Source: a virus
DNA length: 64,000 nucleotides
IMG/VR virus record: IMGVR_UViG_3300044782_000021
Location: 1-64,000 of that record
Strand: one strand, 5' to 3'
Under the pieces are notes generated by a model, which worked only from the letters and a program-made list of their open reading frames with translations, was not told where the DNA came from and searched no databases. Positions 48,151 to 58,505 of this stretch are shown here, piece by piece (the stretch's first letter is position 1; each line of letters opens with the position of its first letter). The translations under genes and the position numbers were made by a program.

Positions 48151-48168
48151 TGGTCCTTATGGAGGGGG

Positions 48169-48197
48169 TTGTGCTACATTTCGTGATCAGGTAGGGG
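48169..48197 (+). promoter_or_regulatory. possible promoter upstream of the major capsid gene
   Basis: TTGTGC 48169-74; 17-nt spacer; TAGGGG 48192-97 (last base off consensus). Confidence 0.25.
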
Positions 48198-48290
48198 CTC
48201 CATCCCGCGACGGGCAATAGTCGGCTTCCCATTACCTCGCTCGTGACGAGCAATCGAATTCCCCGATTGTGTGCGAGCGAAAGGAAGCCA

Positions 48291-49370
48291 ATGACGCACA
48301 CCAACGCCGCACTTCTTTGGGATGTGCAGCCCGACCGCGATACCGATCCCCTCGCCCTTCCCCGCCTGCTCGGCACCACGCGCAGCGGTCGCCCCGTCTG
48401 GTCCGTCGCCGGTGGCGCGATCATCAACGTGGACGAGTGGATTCCGATCGAGTACTCCTCGGAAGTCGTTCAGCGCGTCCTAACGGAGTCGGTGATCGAA
48501 TCCAGCGCTAAGCGCGTGATCATGAACTCCAAAACGAAGTCGATCCCGCGCTCGGCCGGCATCACCGTCTCGGCCGGTACCACGTACGTCGATGACGCGT
48601 CGACCAACGACGAGATCACCCTGACGGCGCGGCGCTTCATCGCCCGCCTCAAGATCGATGAGGATGACCTGGCCGACGCCAACACCCGTCTCGACGTGCT
48701 CGGGACCAAGGCGCTCGACTGGGCGATCTCCTATGCCGACGTGTTCGACAACGCGTGCTTGGGCGTCACCGCGACCGAAACCGGCACCTCCGTGGCGCCG
48801 TTCACCTCCGCGTACAAGCGGATGCGGACCACGAACGCCGACACCAGCTACACCGCCGACGCCAACTATCTGACGTGGGACGACGACAACCCGGCGATCT
48901 CTACCACGCCAGACGGCACGTCGCTGTACGAGAAGCTATCGGCCACCTTCAAGAAGGTGGAAACCGGCAAGTACTGGTCCCAGTCCGACGCGCTGGTTAT
49001 CGCGCACCCGGGCTGGCGCGACGCGCTCCGGCTGTGCATGGACGCCCAGGGCCGACCCATCTTCCAGCCGGGTACCGGCAACCGGCTGCCGGGCAACGGC
49101 ACCCCGGACCAGCTCTTCAACACCGACATCCGTTGGTCGCGTGGCTGCCGGACCAGCCCAACCAACACCGGCAGTCCGACCGGCAACGACCTGCTCTACT
49201 ACCTGAACCGTCGGTACCTCGCCCGAGGCGACCGGTCCGGGCCGGAGACGCTGACCGACGACGCGCGGGCGCAGGACGACACGGACGACTACGCGATGAA
49301 GTTCAGGACGCGTCGCGCGTTCCAGCTTACGCACGAGGCCGCGTGTGCCGTACTGGAGCGGGTCGACTAA
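48291..49370 (+). CDS. major capsid protein (HK97 fold)
   Basis: 359 aa from ATG 48291 (AAAGGAAG RBS) in frame of ORF 48243..49370; position, size and Phage_capsid-like sequence pattern. Confidence 0.85.
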   Translation: MTHTNAALLWDVQPDRDTDPLALPRLLGTTRSGRPVWSVAGGAIINVDEWIPIEYSSEVVQRVLTESVIESSAKRVIMNSKTKSIPRSAGITVSAGTTYVDDASTNDEITLTARRFIARLKIDEDDLADANTRLDVLGTKALDWAISYADVFDNACLGVTATETGTSVAPFTSAYKRMRTTNADTSYTADANYLTWDDDNPAISTTPDGTSLYEKLSATFKKVETGKYWSQSDALVIAHPGWRDALRLCMDAQGRPIFQPGTGNRLPGNGTPDQLFNTDIRWSRGCRTSPTNTGSPTGNDLLYYLNRRYLARGDRSGPETLTDDARAQDDTDDYAMKFRTRRAFQLTHEAACAVLERVD

Positions 49371-49588
49371 TGACGTTCTGGAAGCTGCACGCTGGTGCGG
49401 GCGCTGACAATGGTGGATATGTGAACGGCGCTCTCGCTGGCGCGGTTCTCACCCTCCGGGTCAACCCCACCGAATGGTGGCTGACCGTCGGCGGCCTGCG
49501 CTTAGTGGGCAGCTACGCCAGCCAGGCAGACGCGGAAGAGGCTGCCAGGAAGGTCACTCAGGGTATCGATCCTTCGACGCTGGTCTGA
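49370..49588 (+). CDS. hypothetical protein
   Basis: 72 aa; TAATG overlap with the capsid gene stop; tail of ORF 48755..49588. Confidence 0.5.
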   Translation: MTFWKLHAGAGADNGGYVNGALAGAVLTLRVNPTEWWLTVGGLRLVGSYASQADAEEAARKVTQGIDPSTLV

Positions 49589-49604
49589 GCGAGACGACAG
49601 CAGT

Positions 49605-49637
49605 AACGGCCGGCGGTAACCATTACCGCCGGCCGTT
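49605..49637 (+). terminator. terminator-like hairpin
   Basis: AACGGCCGGCGGTAA-CCA-TTACCGCCGGCCGTT, 15 bp. Confidence 0.6.
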
Positions 49638-49661
49638 CGCCCAACCTGGGAGGGGTGAGCC

Positions 49662-49994
49662 ATGGTCGCCGTAGTCCTTGACATCGAGATCGAGCAGGGC
49701 GTCACCTGCGACATAGCCATCACCGCGCTCGCCGAAGATGGTGTCACCGCACGCGACCTGTCCGGCTACACCGGTGCCATGCAGGTCCGGGAAACCGCCG
49801 ACTCCATGACCGTCCTGCTCACCGGCGTGGTAACCCTGACGGCCGGCCTGGTCACGGCCACCATCACCGACACCGACACCGGCGCCGTTGAGTGGTACGC
49901 CGGGGTCTACGACATCGAAATTGACAACGGCACCCGATCCGAACGGATCGCCCGAGGCAAGGTACGCGTCACGCGTCAGGTCACCAGGAGCTGA
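49662..49994 (+). CDS. hypothetical virion-module protein
   Basis: 110 aa; GGGAGGGG RBS; beta-rich. Confidence 0.6.
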   Translation: MVAVVLDIEIEQGVTCDIAITALAEDGVTARDLSGYTGAMQVRETADSMTVLLTGVVTLTAGLVTATITDTDTGAVEWYAGVYDIEIDNGTRSERIARGKVRVTRQVTRS

Positions 49995-49999
49995 GGAAC

Positions 50000-50443
50000 A
50001 TGGCTGATATTGCGTTCAACATCGCAAAAGGGCGCAGCGCATACTATGCCAGCTTGCCAGCTGCCAACGATGCCCTGATCGCCATTCCCCTGGAGACCAC
50101 CGGCCTCGAATCCGATGCCGTACTCATCGACAAAGACACATTCACTGATGTGGTTAGCGGTACCACCAACGAACAGACCACCCTAGGGCGTAAGACCCTT
50201 GCCTCCGTTGCCAACACGGTCGATGACACCAACGATCGCGTTGACACCGACGCTGCCGATATCGCATGGACGGCCAGCGCCGGCAATCCAATCTCCGCGA
50301 TCGTCGTCTGCTACGACCCCGACACCACTGGTGGAACCGATGCCGACCTGGTCCCCCTGGTCAAGTATGACTTCGTCGCCACTCCGGACGGAACCACCAT
50401 CACCGCTATTGTCAATGCTGCCGGGCTTTTCCGTAACTCATAG
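50000..50443 (+). CDS. hypothetical virion-module protein
   Basis: 147 aa ORF. Confidence 0.6.
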   Translation: MADIAFNIAKGRSAYYASLPAANDALIAIPLETTGLESDAVLIDKDTFTDVVSGTTNEQTTLGRKTLASVANTVDDTNDRVDTDAADIAWTASAGNPISAIVVCYDPDTTGGTDADLVPLVKYDFVATPDGTTITAIVNAAGLFRNS

Positions 50444-50452
50444 AGGGAAGCC

Positions 50453-51364
50453 GTGACCTCACTGGTTGACTCCGACACGTTTGCATTCGCCGACGGCAAT
50501 GCCGGACATCTCTGCGACTTCGGATCAAGCCCGACCGTCGATCAGCTCGATGTGCTGTGCGTCAACTCCAACACCGTCGTGTCCACCCCGGCCGGCGGCT
50601 GGACTCCAGCCGAAGTTGTGGTCACCAACCAGGGCGCTTATATTTTCACTCGTTTCGCCGTGGGTGGCGAAGCGTCCACGGTCACGATCACGACCTCCGG
50701 CAATCACAACTGCCAAGTGTCATGGTCGCGCTGGAATGGCCTATTGGCGCTAGACACTTCGACGAACACTGAGGTCAACGCCGCCACTGGCGGGGCCACC
50801 CCGGCGCACTCCACCGGTGTCCTCGCCGAAGTGAACGAGCTGGTTGTTGCGTTCGGGGCGTTGCACTCCATCCAAGGCGCCAACCAGTCGGCTCCCGTCT
50901 GGTCCACCGGCTACACCGGACTCACCGCCGTCACCCAAGGCAGCAGCACCGACGGGGTAATCGGCTACGTCGGCTACCGAACCGATGCCGGCACGGCCGC
51001 CGAAACACCTCAGGTGTCCTGGTCCAGTGACGGCGCGTTCAACCGGTACATGCTCGCCGTTTCATTCACCGCCGCCGCTGGTGGCCAGGAGATCCCGATC
51101 GGCCTCGTCGTCACCACGGTCACAACGCTGGCGATGACCGCGACGAAGAGCCGTACCCTGGGACTCCTTTCAGCCCTGACAACCGTGTTCCCACTCACCG
51201 GCTCGAAGAGTCGCACACTTGGGCTGGTCACCACGACCGCAACAATCCTGACGCTCACCGGCGACGACGAGCAGGTGGTGACCCGACCGCTTGCCACCCA
51301 CGTAGCGGGGCCGCAGCAGGTCACCCATGTGACAGGGCCGCAGCGTGCGGTACACGTTCGGTGA
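50453..51364 (+). CDS. hypothetical virion-module protein with short internal repeats
   Basis: 303 aa from GTG 50453; repeats T.(T/S)KSRTLGL and THV.GPQ.V.HV. Confidence 0.6.
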   Translation: MTSLVDSDTFAFADGNAGHLCDFGSSPTVDQLDVLCVNSNTVVSTPAGGWTPAEVVVTNQGAYIFTRFAVGGEASTVTITTSGNHNCQVSWSRWNGLLALDTSTNTEVNAATGGATPAHSTGVLAEVNELVVAFGALHSIQGANQSAPVWSTGYTGLTAVTQGSSTDGVIGYVGYRTDAGTAAETPQVSWSSDGAFNRYMLAVSFTAAAGGQEIPIGLVVTTVTTLAMTATKSRTLGLLSALTTVFPLTGSKSRTLGLVTTTATILTLTGDDEQVVTRPLATHVAGPQQVTHVTGPQRAVHVR

Positions 51365-51397
51365 TACCGTCGTCGCATCTCTTAGGGGGAGAAAACC

Positions 51398-52000
51398 ATG
51401 ATCGTAGTGACCGCGCAGAGCGGCCGGGGTGACCTGCTCGCCGCTGCCCGGGAGCGCGAGCTGTCCGGCCACGGCACCAATATCGACATCTTTGCCCGGA
51501 TTCAGGCTCGGGATGTTGAGCTGGCCGAACTGGCCGCAACGGAGTCACGCGACCTTGGGCCGGTCACGGAGGATGACCCATTGGGGCTCGACGACGACGC
51601 CCATACCCCGCTGGGGGTCGACCTCATCGCGGAGGCCACCGCCGGCCAGCCGCCGGCACCACCGGAAGCTCCGCCGGCCGTGACCGACCCCTCCCCCGAG
51701 GGCGCGGCCGGCGGTCCGGTGACCCCGGCCCGGCCGGAGGCGATGACCGACCCGAATCCGCCGCGCGCCTCGCGGGTCGGAGTGTTTGGCAACGCCTTCC
51801 GTGCTGAATATGTGATCGGTGGCCGCGAGGTCGACGACGTCACCCACTTCCGGTTGATCGAGGAGACGCAGGCCGCCGCGCTCGCCGCCGGCCGGGTTCC
51901 GCGAGGCGGCGTCGGCATCGGCCGCCGGGTCGGGTTCTTCGCCGATGACCACGGCACGCGTACCGTGATCTACGAGGTTCCGATCCGCAGAGGAGCGTAG
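51398..52000 (+). CDS. hypothetical protein
   Basis: 200 aa ORF; P/A-rich middle. Confidence 0.55.
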   Translation: MIVVTAQSGRGDLLAAARERELSGHGTNIDIFARIQARDVELAELAATESRDLGPVTEDDPLGLDDDAHTPLGVDLIAEATAGQPPAPPEAPPAVTDPSPEGAAGGPVTPARPEAMTDPNPPRASRVGVFGNAFRAEYVIGGREVDDVTHFRLIEETQAAALAAGRVPRGGVGIGRRVGFFADDHGTRTVIYEVPIRRGA

Positions 52001-52003
52001 GCC

Positions 52004-52441
52004 GTGGCCAACTGGGCAGACGCGCAGGATGTTGTCACCATCACCGGCCGGGAAGCCAGTCCGGAGGGGCTCGCCGCCGCGCAGGTGTTCGTAGAGATCT
52101 TCTCCGGCGGGTCCACCACGGCCAGCGATGCGGGCCTGATCAGCGGCCGGAACCTGAACAGGCTTCGGCAGGCGACCGCGTTTCAGGCCATCTGGCTCGA
52201 CGCGCACCCCGACGTCATGGAAGCCATGGACGTTCAGGGCGTCTCTCAGGATGGTCTTAGCGCCCAGTACGCGCACGCCAACGCACACCTTCTCGCCCCG
52301 ATGGCCAAGCGGTGCATTGACCGCTTGTCGTGGCGTACGGCGCCGCTGCGCGCCCGCCCGCGCCGGGGCACGGCCAGCGACCGGGGCGACCGGGACAGCG
52401 CGGTCCGGGACGACCAGTACGTCTGGCAGTCGATGCCATGA
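52004..52441 (+). CDS. head-to-tail adaptor (putative)
   Basis: 145 aa from GTG 52004; position and gp6-like N-terminal pattern. Confidence 0.5.
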   Translation: MANWADAQDVVTITGREASPEGLAAAQVFVEIFSGGSTTASDAGLISGRNLNRLRQATAFQAIWLDAHPDVMEAMDVQGVSQDGLSAQYAHANAHLLAPMAKRCIDRLSWRTAPLRARPRRGTASDRGDRDSAVRDDQYVWQSMP

Positions 52442-52767
52442 CCCTCGCCAACACCACCATCACCGTGCTGCGCGGCACCGGCACCGACGGCTACGGCGAT
52501 CCCGTCGACCTTGACGCCACCGTCTACAGCCGCATCCCCGCGTCGATCCTGGAGGCCACCTCCAACCGGCGCCGGCCGGTCGAAGGTCGCACCGACAATG
52601 CCAAGACCCAGATCTGTCGGATCTTCCGGCCCACCATTGAGCTTCGCCGCGATGATCGAATCCGCGACGACCGCAGCGGCGCGGTCTACACCGTCGATGA
52701 CGAGCCTGGACAGCGCAACAACGTCGGGCTCAACAGTGTGCGGGTGAACCTCCGCCGCGTCACCTGA
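52438..52767 (+). CDS. head closure / head-to-tail stopper (putative)
   Basis: 109 aa from ATG 52438 (ATGA overlap) in frame of ORF 52330..52767. Confidence 0.5.
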   Translation: MTLANTTITVLRGTGTDGYGDPVDLDATVYSRIPASILEATSNRRRPVEGRTDNAKTQICRIFRPTIELRRDDRIRDDRSGAVYTVDDEPGQRNNVGLNSVRVNLRRVT

Positions 52768-52867
52768 CCATGTAGCCTGATCAGCAACTACATACGCCGT
52801 CCACCACGGCCGGGGCAGACCCGGTAGGCGACCCGACAAGACACCCGACGAAGAGGAGGGGGTCGCC

Positions 52868-53239
52868 ATGGCGTATCGACATATTCGGGAAAATCCCCAA
52901 TTCGACGTCTACTTTCAGGCTGCGCAGGGCAAAAGCGTCAAAAAGGTCACCAAGGCGATCGCGGACGACGCGCGGGCCGGGTGCCCGTACGACTCCGGCG
53001 ACCTGTACGACTCGATTGACGTGCGGTTTCCCGGCAAGAAGCGCGGGATCGTCATCGTCGGGACGGATCATTGGCACGCCCAGGAGTACGGGGCGCCCCC
53101 GCACGAGATCCGCTCGCACGGAAAGTGGCCGTTGCGCAACGTCGAAACCGGTGACGTCTTCGGCCGCGTCGTCGACCACCCCGGCAATGACGCGCAGCCT
53201 TTTATGAGGCCTGCACTTCTCCGGCGGAGGCGGCTCTGA
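52868..53239 (+). CDS. HK97 gp10-family tail-completion protein
   Basis: 123 aa; ...SGDLYDSI...HWHAQEYG...AQPFMRPAL pattern of the gp10 family. Confidence 0.7.
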   Translation: MAYRHIRENPQFDVYFQAAQGKSVKKVTKAIADDARAGCPYDSGDLYDSIDVRFPGKKRGIVIVGTDHWHAQEYGAPPHEIRSHGKWPLRNVETGDVFGRVVDHPGNDAQPFMRPALLRRRRL

Positions 53240-53718
53240 TGGTCCTCGCCATCCCGAAGCTCGCCACATCCGAGCTGGTCACCCTCGCCTGGATTCGCGA
53301 CGTCGTCACCGCCTACGACATCGCCGCCGGTACCACCCTGCAAGGCCCCGACCCGACCACCGGCATCCTCACCTGGGGCGACACAGGGTTTGTGACCACG
53401 GCCGTCGTGGGTGGCTCTCCTCGATCGCACCTGCCACTGCGCCAGCCGATCATGTCTGTCGACTGCTGGGCGACCAACGTCCAGAAGAAGCAGCCGCCGC
53501 ACGGCCGCGCCAACATGATCGCCGAACTCATCGTGGCCGCCGCCTACGACGTGGCCAACGGCGACGACGGACAGCGGCCCGTCACCCTGCCCGCCGGCTT
53601 CCCGGTCGCCCGGGTGGTCGGCGCGGTCATCCAAGATGAGCCGAAGCGCGTGCCCGGCGACGAGAGCAATTACGCGCATTACGTCTTTCAGTTGGCCATT
53701 TCCTGGCTAGCTCTCTAA
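53239..53718 (+). CDS. tail terminator (putative)
   Basis: 159 aa; position between the gp10-like and major tail genes. Confidence 0.5.
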   Translation: MVLAIPKLATSELVTLAWIRDVVTAYDIAAGTTLQGPDPTTGILTWGDTGFVTTAVVGGSPRSHLPLRQPIMSVDCWATNVQKKQPPHGRANMIAELIVAAAYDVANGDDGQRPVTLPAGFPVARVVGAVIQDEPKRVPGDESNYAHYVFQLAISWLAL

Positions 53719-53737
53719 GAAGGGAAGAAAAGGACAA

Positions 53738-54325
53738 ATGGCCAACAAACTCGCATATCAGGTCCTAATGGGTGCAGGCACGCTCTATTCGGGCGTCTTC
53801 TCAATCACCGGGGCCAATGAGCCCGCCTTAGCAGATGTCAACACCGTGCCGCAGGCGAGCGCCTGGAGCGACATGGGCTACACCAACGATGGCCTCACCA
53901 TCACCTGGAATCAGGAGATGGCCACGATGACCGTCGATCAGGTCGGCGACATCATCGGCCGGAAGATGGTTCAGCGGGACGTTCAGATCAAGACCAACCT
54001 GGCGGAAGCCACCCTGGAAAACCTCGTGATCGCGCTCAACTCCGGCAGCGTCACCACCGGCAGCGGATATAAGTACCACGATCCGGACTACGACGGCGAT
54101 GAACTTCAGCCGGGCTACATCGCGATCATCCTCGACGGCTACGCGCCCGCGCTGTCCACCGGGACCGTCATGCGGCGGCGAATCATCGGGCGCAAGGTGC
54201 TCTCGATTGACAACGTCGAATCGTCGTACAAGAAGGGCGATATGACCCTGATCCCGGTCACGTTCGGCCTGCACTACGTGTCGACAACCTTGGCTCCATA
54301 CAGGATTGTCGACCAGACCACATAG
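53738..54325 (+). CDS. major tail protein
   Basis: 195 aa; GAAGGGAAGAAAAGG RBS; position upstream of the chaperone/tape-measure genes. Confidence 0.7.
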   Translation: MANKLAYQVLMGAGTLYSGVFSITGANEPALADVNTVPQASAWSDMGYTNDGLTITWNQEMATMTVDQVGDIIGRKMVQRDVQIKTNLAEATLENLVIALNSGSVTTGSGYKYHDPDYDGDELQPGYIAIILDGYAPALSTGTVMRRRIIGRKVLSIDNVESSYKKGDMTLIPVTFGLHYVSTTLAPYRIVDQTT

Positions 54326-54368
54326 GACAGTCCTTTATGGACTGTCGTCACAAGGGGGAGGAAGTCAC

Positions 54369-54677
54369 GTGCTCACGTTCAACACGAAAGATCCCGGGCT
54401 CGACGACGAGCAGGAACCGCTCTTCGAGGTCGACGGCGTCACCTACACCATTCCGAAGACCGTCAGCCCCAACGAAGGTGTGCTCTACCTTCAGGACGTG
54501 CGCCAGGGTGCCCATGACGTGGCCCTGGCGCGCCTCCTGCACCGCATGATCGGCGCCGAGGGCATGAACGCGCTCGGCAAATGCAAGGGGATGACCAGGG
54601 AAGATTTCAAGATGCTGCTCAAGCCGGTCGCCGAGCGGGTCGGCGGCCTACTCGAAGAGGTGAGTTCGGGAAACTGA
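54369..54677 (+). CDS. tail assembly chaperone (G analogue)
   Basis: 102 aa from GTG 54369 (GGGGGAGGA RBS) in frame of ORF 54306..54677. Confidence 0.7.
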   Translation: MLTFNTKDPGLDDEQEPLFEVDGVTYTIPKTVSPNEGVLYLQDVRQGAHDVALARLLHRMIGAEGMNALGKCKGMTREDFKMLLKPVAERVGGLLEEVSSGN

Positions 54678-54964
54678 TCCGCTGGGCCAGGTCCACAGCA
54701 TGGGTGCTCGACTACCTGGCCGACCTGGAAAGCGACTTCTCGGCCATCCACGGCTTGCGCATCGACCCGTGGGCGGGCGAGTGGGCCGGGCTCAGCGGGC
54801 CGAAGTTCTTCCGGATGGCGCAGCGGCTCGCCGCGTACCGGGGAGTCATCCGGGCTCGACTGCTCGCGGAGGATGAACGCGAGCAGCGGCGCAACGACGG
54901 GGCCGTGGTCATCCCGCTGTCAGCGGCCATGGTGGCGCCGGACGGAACGATCGCGGTGGGATGA
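54369..54964 (+). CDS. tail assembly chaperone, -1 frameshift fusion (G-T analogue)
   Basis: The slippery heptamer G_GGA_AAC 54668-74 shifts into the frame of ORF 54581..54964 (...FGKLIRWARSTAW...). Confidence 0.65.
54668..54674 (+). other. programmed -1 ribosomal frameshift slippery site GGGAAAC
   Basis: X_XXY_YYZ heptamer in the zero frame (tcG GGA AAC tga), 1 nt before the stop of the chaperone ORF. Confidence 0.7.
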
Positions 54965-55017
54965 CGCAGCGGGCGGCGGGTCGGCTGACGGAGGCGCACG
55001 GAAGGGAGGGATGAGCG

Positions 55018-57501
55018 ATGGCTGAAGGCTTTAAAATCGCGGATGGTTACCTCGACATCGAGGCGGACGACTCCGGCGCGCAGCGGACGCTACGCGGCTT
55101 CCTGCGCCGCACCGATGAGATCCTCGACGCCAATCAGAAGTCGTTTCTCCGTGGCGGGCTCATGGCCGGTACCGACTACGGCAAGAGCGTCACCGAATCC
55201 GCCGATCGGGAGCTGACCAACGGCTTCAGTCGGGACATCAACGGCCGGCTCCATAACGCCCGGGGCCGGTTCGCCAGTGAGGGCGAGATCGCCGGTGAGA
55301 CGTTCGCGCGCGGTCTCACCCGGGGCCTGGGTAAGCTCAGCGGCGGCAGTAGCGGCGGCGGCAGCGATAGCAGCGGTAGGGGCGGCATCTTCTCGTCGCT
55401 GTTCTCCGGCATCGGCGGGGCGATCAGCTCCGGCCTTAGCGGACTGTCGACAGCCGGCGGCATGATCGGCAACATCGGCACCGCGCTCGGCGCGGCTGGC
55501 GGCATCGTCTCCTCGATCGCCATGTTCGTCGGCATCACCGCGCTCATTCCGGTCGTCATCGGGCTTGTCGGTGCGCTGATCCAGCTCACCGGCCTCCTCG
55601 GGCTCCTGCCCGGTCTCATCGGGTTCGCCGCCGCCGCGCTGATCCCGCTCATAATCGCGTTCAAGGGCGTCGGTGCGGCGCTGGGCGCCTTCATGTCCGG
55701 CGACATGCAGAAGTTCAACGAGGAGCTGAAGAAGCTCGGGCCAGGCACTCGTGCCGTGGTCAAGGAGATGACCGGTCTCGTCCCGATTTTGCGAGAGATC
55801 AAGAAGCTGGTCACCGAAGCGTTCTGGACCCCGTTCAAGGGTGTCTTCAAAGATCTCGGTAAGACGTTTCTGCCGATGGCCAAGGCCGGGCTTGTCAGCG
55901 TGGCCGGTGCGCTCGGGCGGTTCGGGTCGGAGTTTCTGCGGCTGTTCGCCAGCAATGACATCGTTGAGGCGATCGGTGATGTCTTCGAGTCCACCGGCCG
56001 GATCATTGACAAGGTCGGACCGAAGTTTATCAATCTCTTCGGCACCCTGATCGGCATCATGGAGCACAGCTTGCCGTTTGTTGAACGGTTCTTCAGCAAG
56101 ATCGGCTCCGGCATGGACAAGTTCAGCGCCTTCTTGAGTGACGCCATGAAGACTGGCGACTTCGAGCGCTGGCTTGAGACCGCGTTCGACGTCATGCAAG
56201 ATCTGTGGGATTTGAGCAAGGCGCTCGGCAATTTGTTCATGGCAATCTTTGGCGATGCCGGTGACGAGGGTCAAGGCTTCATCAAGACATTGACCGACAT
56301 CACCAACAAGATGGCTGACTTCTTCCGCAGCCCGGACGGCAGGGAGTTCCTTCAGAACATCCTCGATATGATCAAGTTTGTGGGGATCGGGCTCGCGTTC
56401 CTTGCCGTCGCATTCGCCAATGTCGCCCGGTGGTGGAACGCCTGGACGACCTTCTTCGAAAGCACCCTGCCGGATGGCCTGGCCAAAGCGAAAGACGCCG
56501 TTACGGGCCTATGGGGCACGGTTGTTGGATTCTTCAAGGGTGTCGGACAGGCGATCGGTGACTTCTTCAGCAAGGCGTGGGACACCGTGCTATCCGTGGG
56601 CGAGTCGATCGCCGGCTGGTTCATGGCCCTACCAGGTCGGGTGCTCGGATTCCTCACCGCGCTGCCCGGCCAGCTCTATACCCTGTTCTGGGACGGGTTC
56701 AACCGCCTCGGCTTCGCGGTCGGCTATGGCATCGGCTTGATCATCGTCGCCGTCCAGGCGTTGCCCGGTCTCGTCCGGGGCGCCCTGTCATCGATGCCGG
56801 GCCTCGTCTGGGGCATTCTCACCACCACCTGGAGTGTGGCGTTCAGCATCGTGTCAGACGCCGTCACCACGGTGCTTGGCTTCCTGTGGAGCCTGCCAAC
56901 GCGGGCGTGGGACGCGCTGAACAGCCTCTACGGCATGGTGACCGGATTCTTCAGCCGCACCAAGGACGTGGCGGTCAACCAAACCCGGTCGATGGTCGAC
57001 ACCGTAGTGGGCTTCGCCTTCAGTCTGCCCGGCCGGGTCATGGGCGCGCTATCTGGTGCCCGCCACTGGCTCTACAACACCGGTCGCGACATGCTCACGG
57101 GCCTTTGGGATGGCTTCTCGTCGATGATCGGCTGGCTCGTCGACCGGGTCAAGGGTGCCATGGCAAGCGTGGTCAACGGCGCCAAGAGCGCGGTTGGCGC
57201 ACGCTCACCATCCAAGGTCTTCGCCGACCAGGTTGGCCGCTGGATTCCGCCCGGAATCCAGCAGGGCATCGAGGCTCAGATGCCCAAGCTGAACCGCTAC
57301 ATGGCCACACTGGGCACTCAGATGACACACAACGTGCAGGTGTCCGCGCCGGCCGTCTCCGTGGGCGGTAGCAATGTCGTGGTCATGCTCGACGGCGAGG
57401 AGATCGGCGCGAAGATCATGAAGCCGAAGCGGGTGTCCGCCGCCAACGACGAGGGCAACCGCACACGCGGATTCCTGAACACCGCCCGAGCTACGCCGTG
57501 A
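55018..57501 (+). CDS. tape measure protein
   Basis: 827 aa; Gly-rich segment, several hydrophobic helices, long helical repeats; follows the G/G-T pair. Confidence 0.9.
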   Translation: MAEGFKIADGYLDIEADDSGAQRTLRGFLRRTDEILDANQKSFLRGGLMAGTDYGKSVTESADRELTNGFSRDINGRLHNARGRFASEGEIAGETFARGLTRGLGKLSGGSSGGGSDSSGRGGIFSSLFSGIGGAISSGLSGLSTAGGMIGNIGTALGAAGGIVSSIAMFVGITALIPVVIGLVGALIQLTGLLGLLPGLIGFAAAALIPLIIAFKGVGAALGAFMSGDMQKFNEELKKLGPGTRAVVKEMTGLVPILREIKKLVTEAFWTPFKGVFKDLGKTFLPMAKAGLVSVAGALGRFGSEFLRLFASNDIVEAIGDVFESTGRIIDKVGPKFINLFGTLIGIMEHSLPFVERFFSKIGSGMDKFSAFLSDAMKTGDFERWLETAFDVMQDLWDLSKALGNLFMAIFGDAGDEGQGFIKTLTDITNKMADFFRSPDGREFLQNILDMIKFVGIGLAFLAVAFANVARWWNAWTTFFESTLPDGLAKAKDAVTGLWGTVVGFFKGVGQAIGDFFSKAWDTVLSVGESIAGWFMALPGRVLGFLTALPGQLYTLFWDGFNRLGFAVGYGIGLIIVAVQALPGLVRGALSSMPGLVWGILTTTWSVAFSIVSDAVTTVLGFLWSLPTRAWDALNSLYGMVTGFFSRTKDVAVNQTRSMVDTVVGFAFSLPGRVMGALSGARHWLYNTGRDMLTGLWDGFSSMIGWLVDRVKGAMASVVNGAKSAVGARSPSKVFADQVGRWIPPGIQQGIEAQMPKLNRYMATLGTQMTHNVQVSAPAVSVGGSNVVVMLDGEEIGAKIMKPKRVSAANDEGNRTRGFLNTARATP

Positions 57502-57511
57502 GGATAATGAC

Positions 57512-58411
57512 GTGAGCGATACTCGCATTTACTTCGGGACGCCAGGCAGCCTGATCACGCTGTTCCACCCACGGGGCGGCGTGCAGGCCACTCGGGTCCG
57601 ACCCGTACAGGAGTTCGCGCTTGGCAACGGGGAACGCCGCACCCGTCGCGCGCAGTTCGGCAGCCGTGAGTACACCCTGAGCTGGGAGTCCTTGCAGTAC
57701 CCCGATTTCGCCACCTTGCAGGCATTCGACCAGGGCCATAATGGGCCGGGGCCGTTCGTGCTGCTCGACCCGGGCCAGCGCAACCAGCTCACCGTCAACC
57801 AGGCCGCCGCGACCAGCGAACTGAACGCGACCGACAACTTCACGATCGCCGGCTCCGGCAGCTCCATCGCCAGCTCGACCACGCTGATCGAGCGTGGCCC
57901 CCGGGCGCTCGCCTGGACGTTCCAATTCACTTCACCGTCGAGTGGGAGCATCGTGCTCGACAGCCCCTACCTCGGTTGGTTTGGGATTCCGGTGGTCAGC
58001 CGCCCGTACGTCTTCAACTTCCTGGCGCGCGGCGGCGGCACGGACGGGATTGTGACTATCCGAGCCGAAATCCTCTGGTACGGGGTCACTGGCACGTTGC
58101 TGGGTACGACCTCAGGCAGCAGCGCGGCGACCTCTACCGGCGCGTGGGCGGCCTACCTGGCGACCGCTACGCCGCCGGCCAGCACGGCATACGCCATCTG
58201 CAAGGTCACCTATGTGTCGGGCGCCTCGGCGGGCTCGATCGTCTACATCAGTTCTCTTCAATTTGAGGAAGGCTCGACGGCGGGCACGTGGCGACCGGGG
58301 ACCGGTGTTCGGCCGGTCAGTATCGTCAGCCTGGAAGATAGATGGCCGTGGTTGTACGCGGATGAGATTCGCAGCGGCCCGGCGATGGTGCTCCGCGAGG
58401 ACGGGCGATGA
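57512..58411 (+). CDS. minor tail protein (distal tail protein-like)
   Basis: 299 aa from GTG 57512 (GAGGA RBS); directly after the tape measure gene. Confidence 0.6.
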   Translation: MSDTRIYFGTPGSLITLFHPRGGVQATRVRPVQEFALGNGERRTRRAQFGSREYTLSWESLQYPDFATLQAFDQGHNGPGPFVLLDPGQRNQLTVNQAAATSELNATDNFTIAGSGSSIASSTTLIERGPRALAWTFQFTSPSSGSIVLDSPYLGWFGIPVVSRPYVFNFLARGGGTDGIVTIRAEILWYGVTGTLLGTTSGSSAATSTGAWAAYLATATPPASTAYAICKVTYVSGASAGSIVYISSLQFEEGSTAGTWRPGTGVRPVSIVSLEDRWPWLYADEIRSGPAMVLREDGR

Positions 58412-58505
58412 CACTGAAGGTGATAAGCTTTGGCACGCCTCCCGGTATTCGCCAGAGCGTCAATGCGTCCCATGAACGAAGCGCGAGTGACCGGGGGGCC
58501 TTCTA

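Noticed and set aside
48755-49369. Upstream part of 277-aa ORF 48755..49588
   Set aside because: It is an alternative frame inside the major capsid gene. Only the last 72 codons (from ATG 49370) lie outside it.
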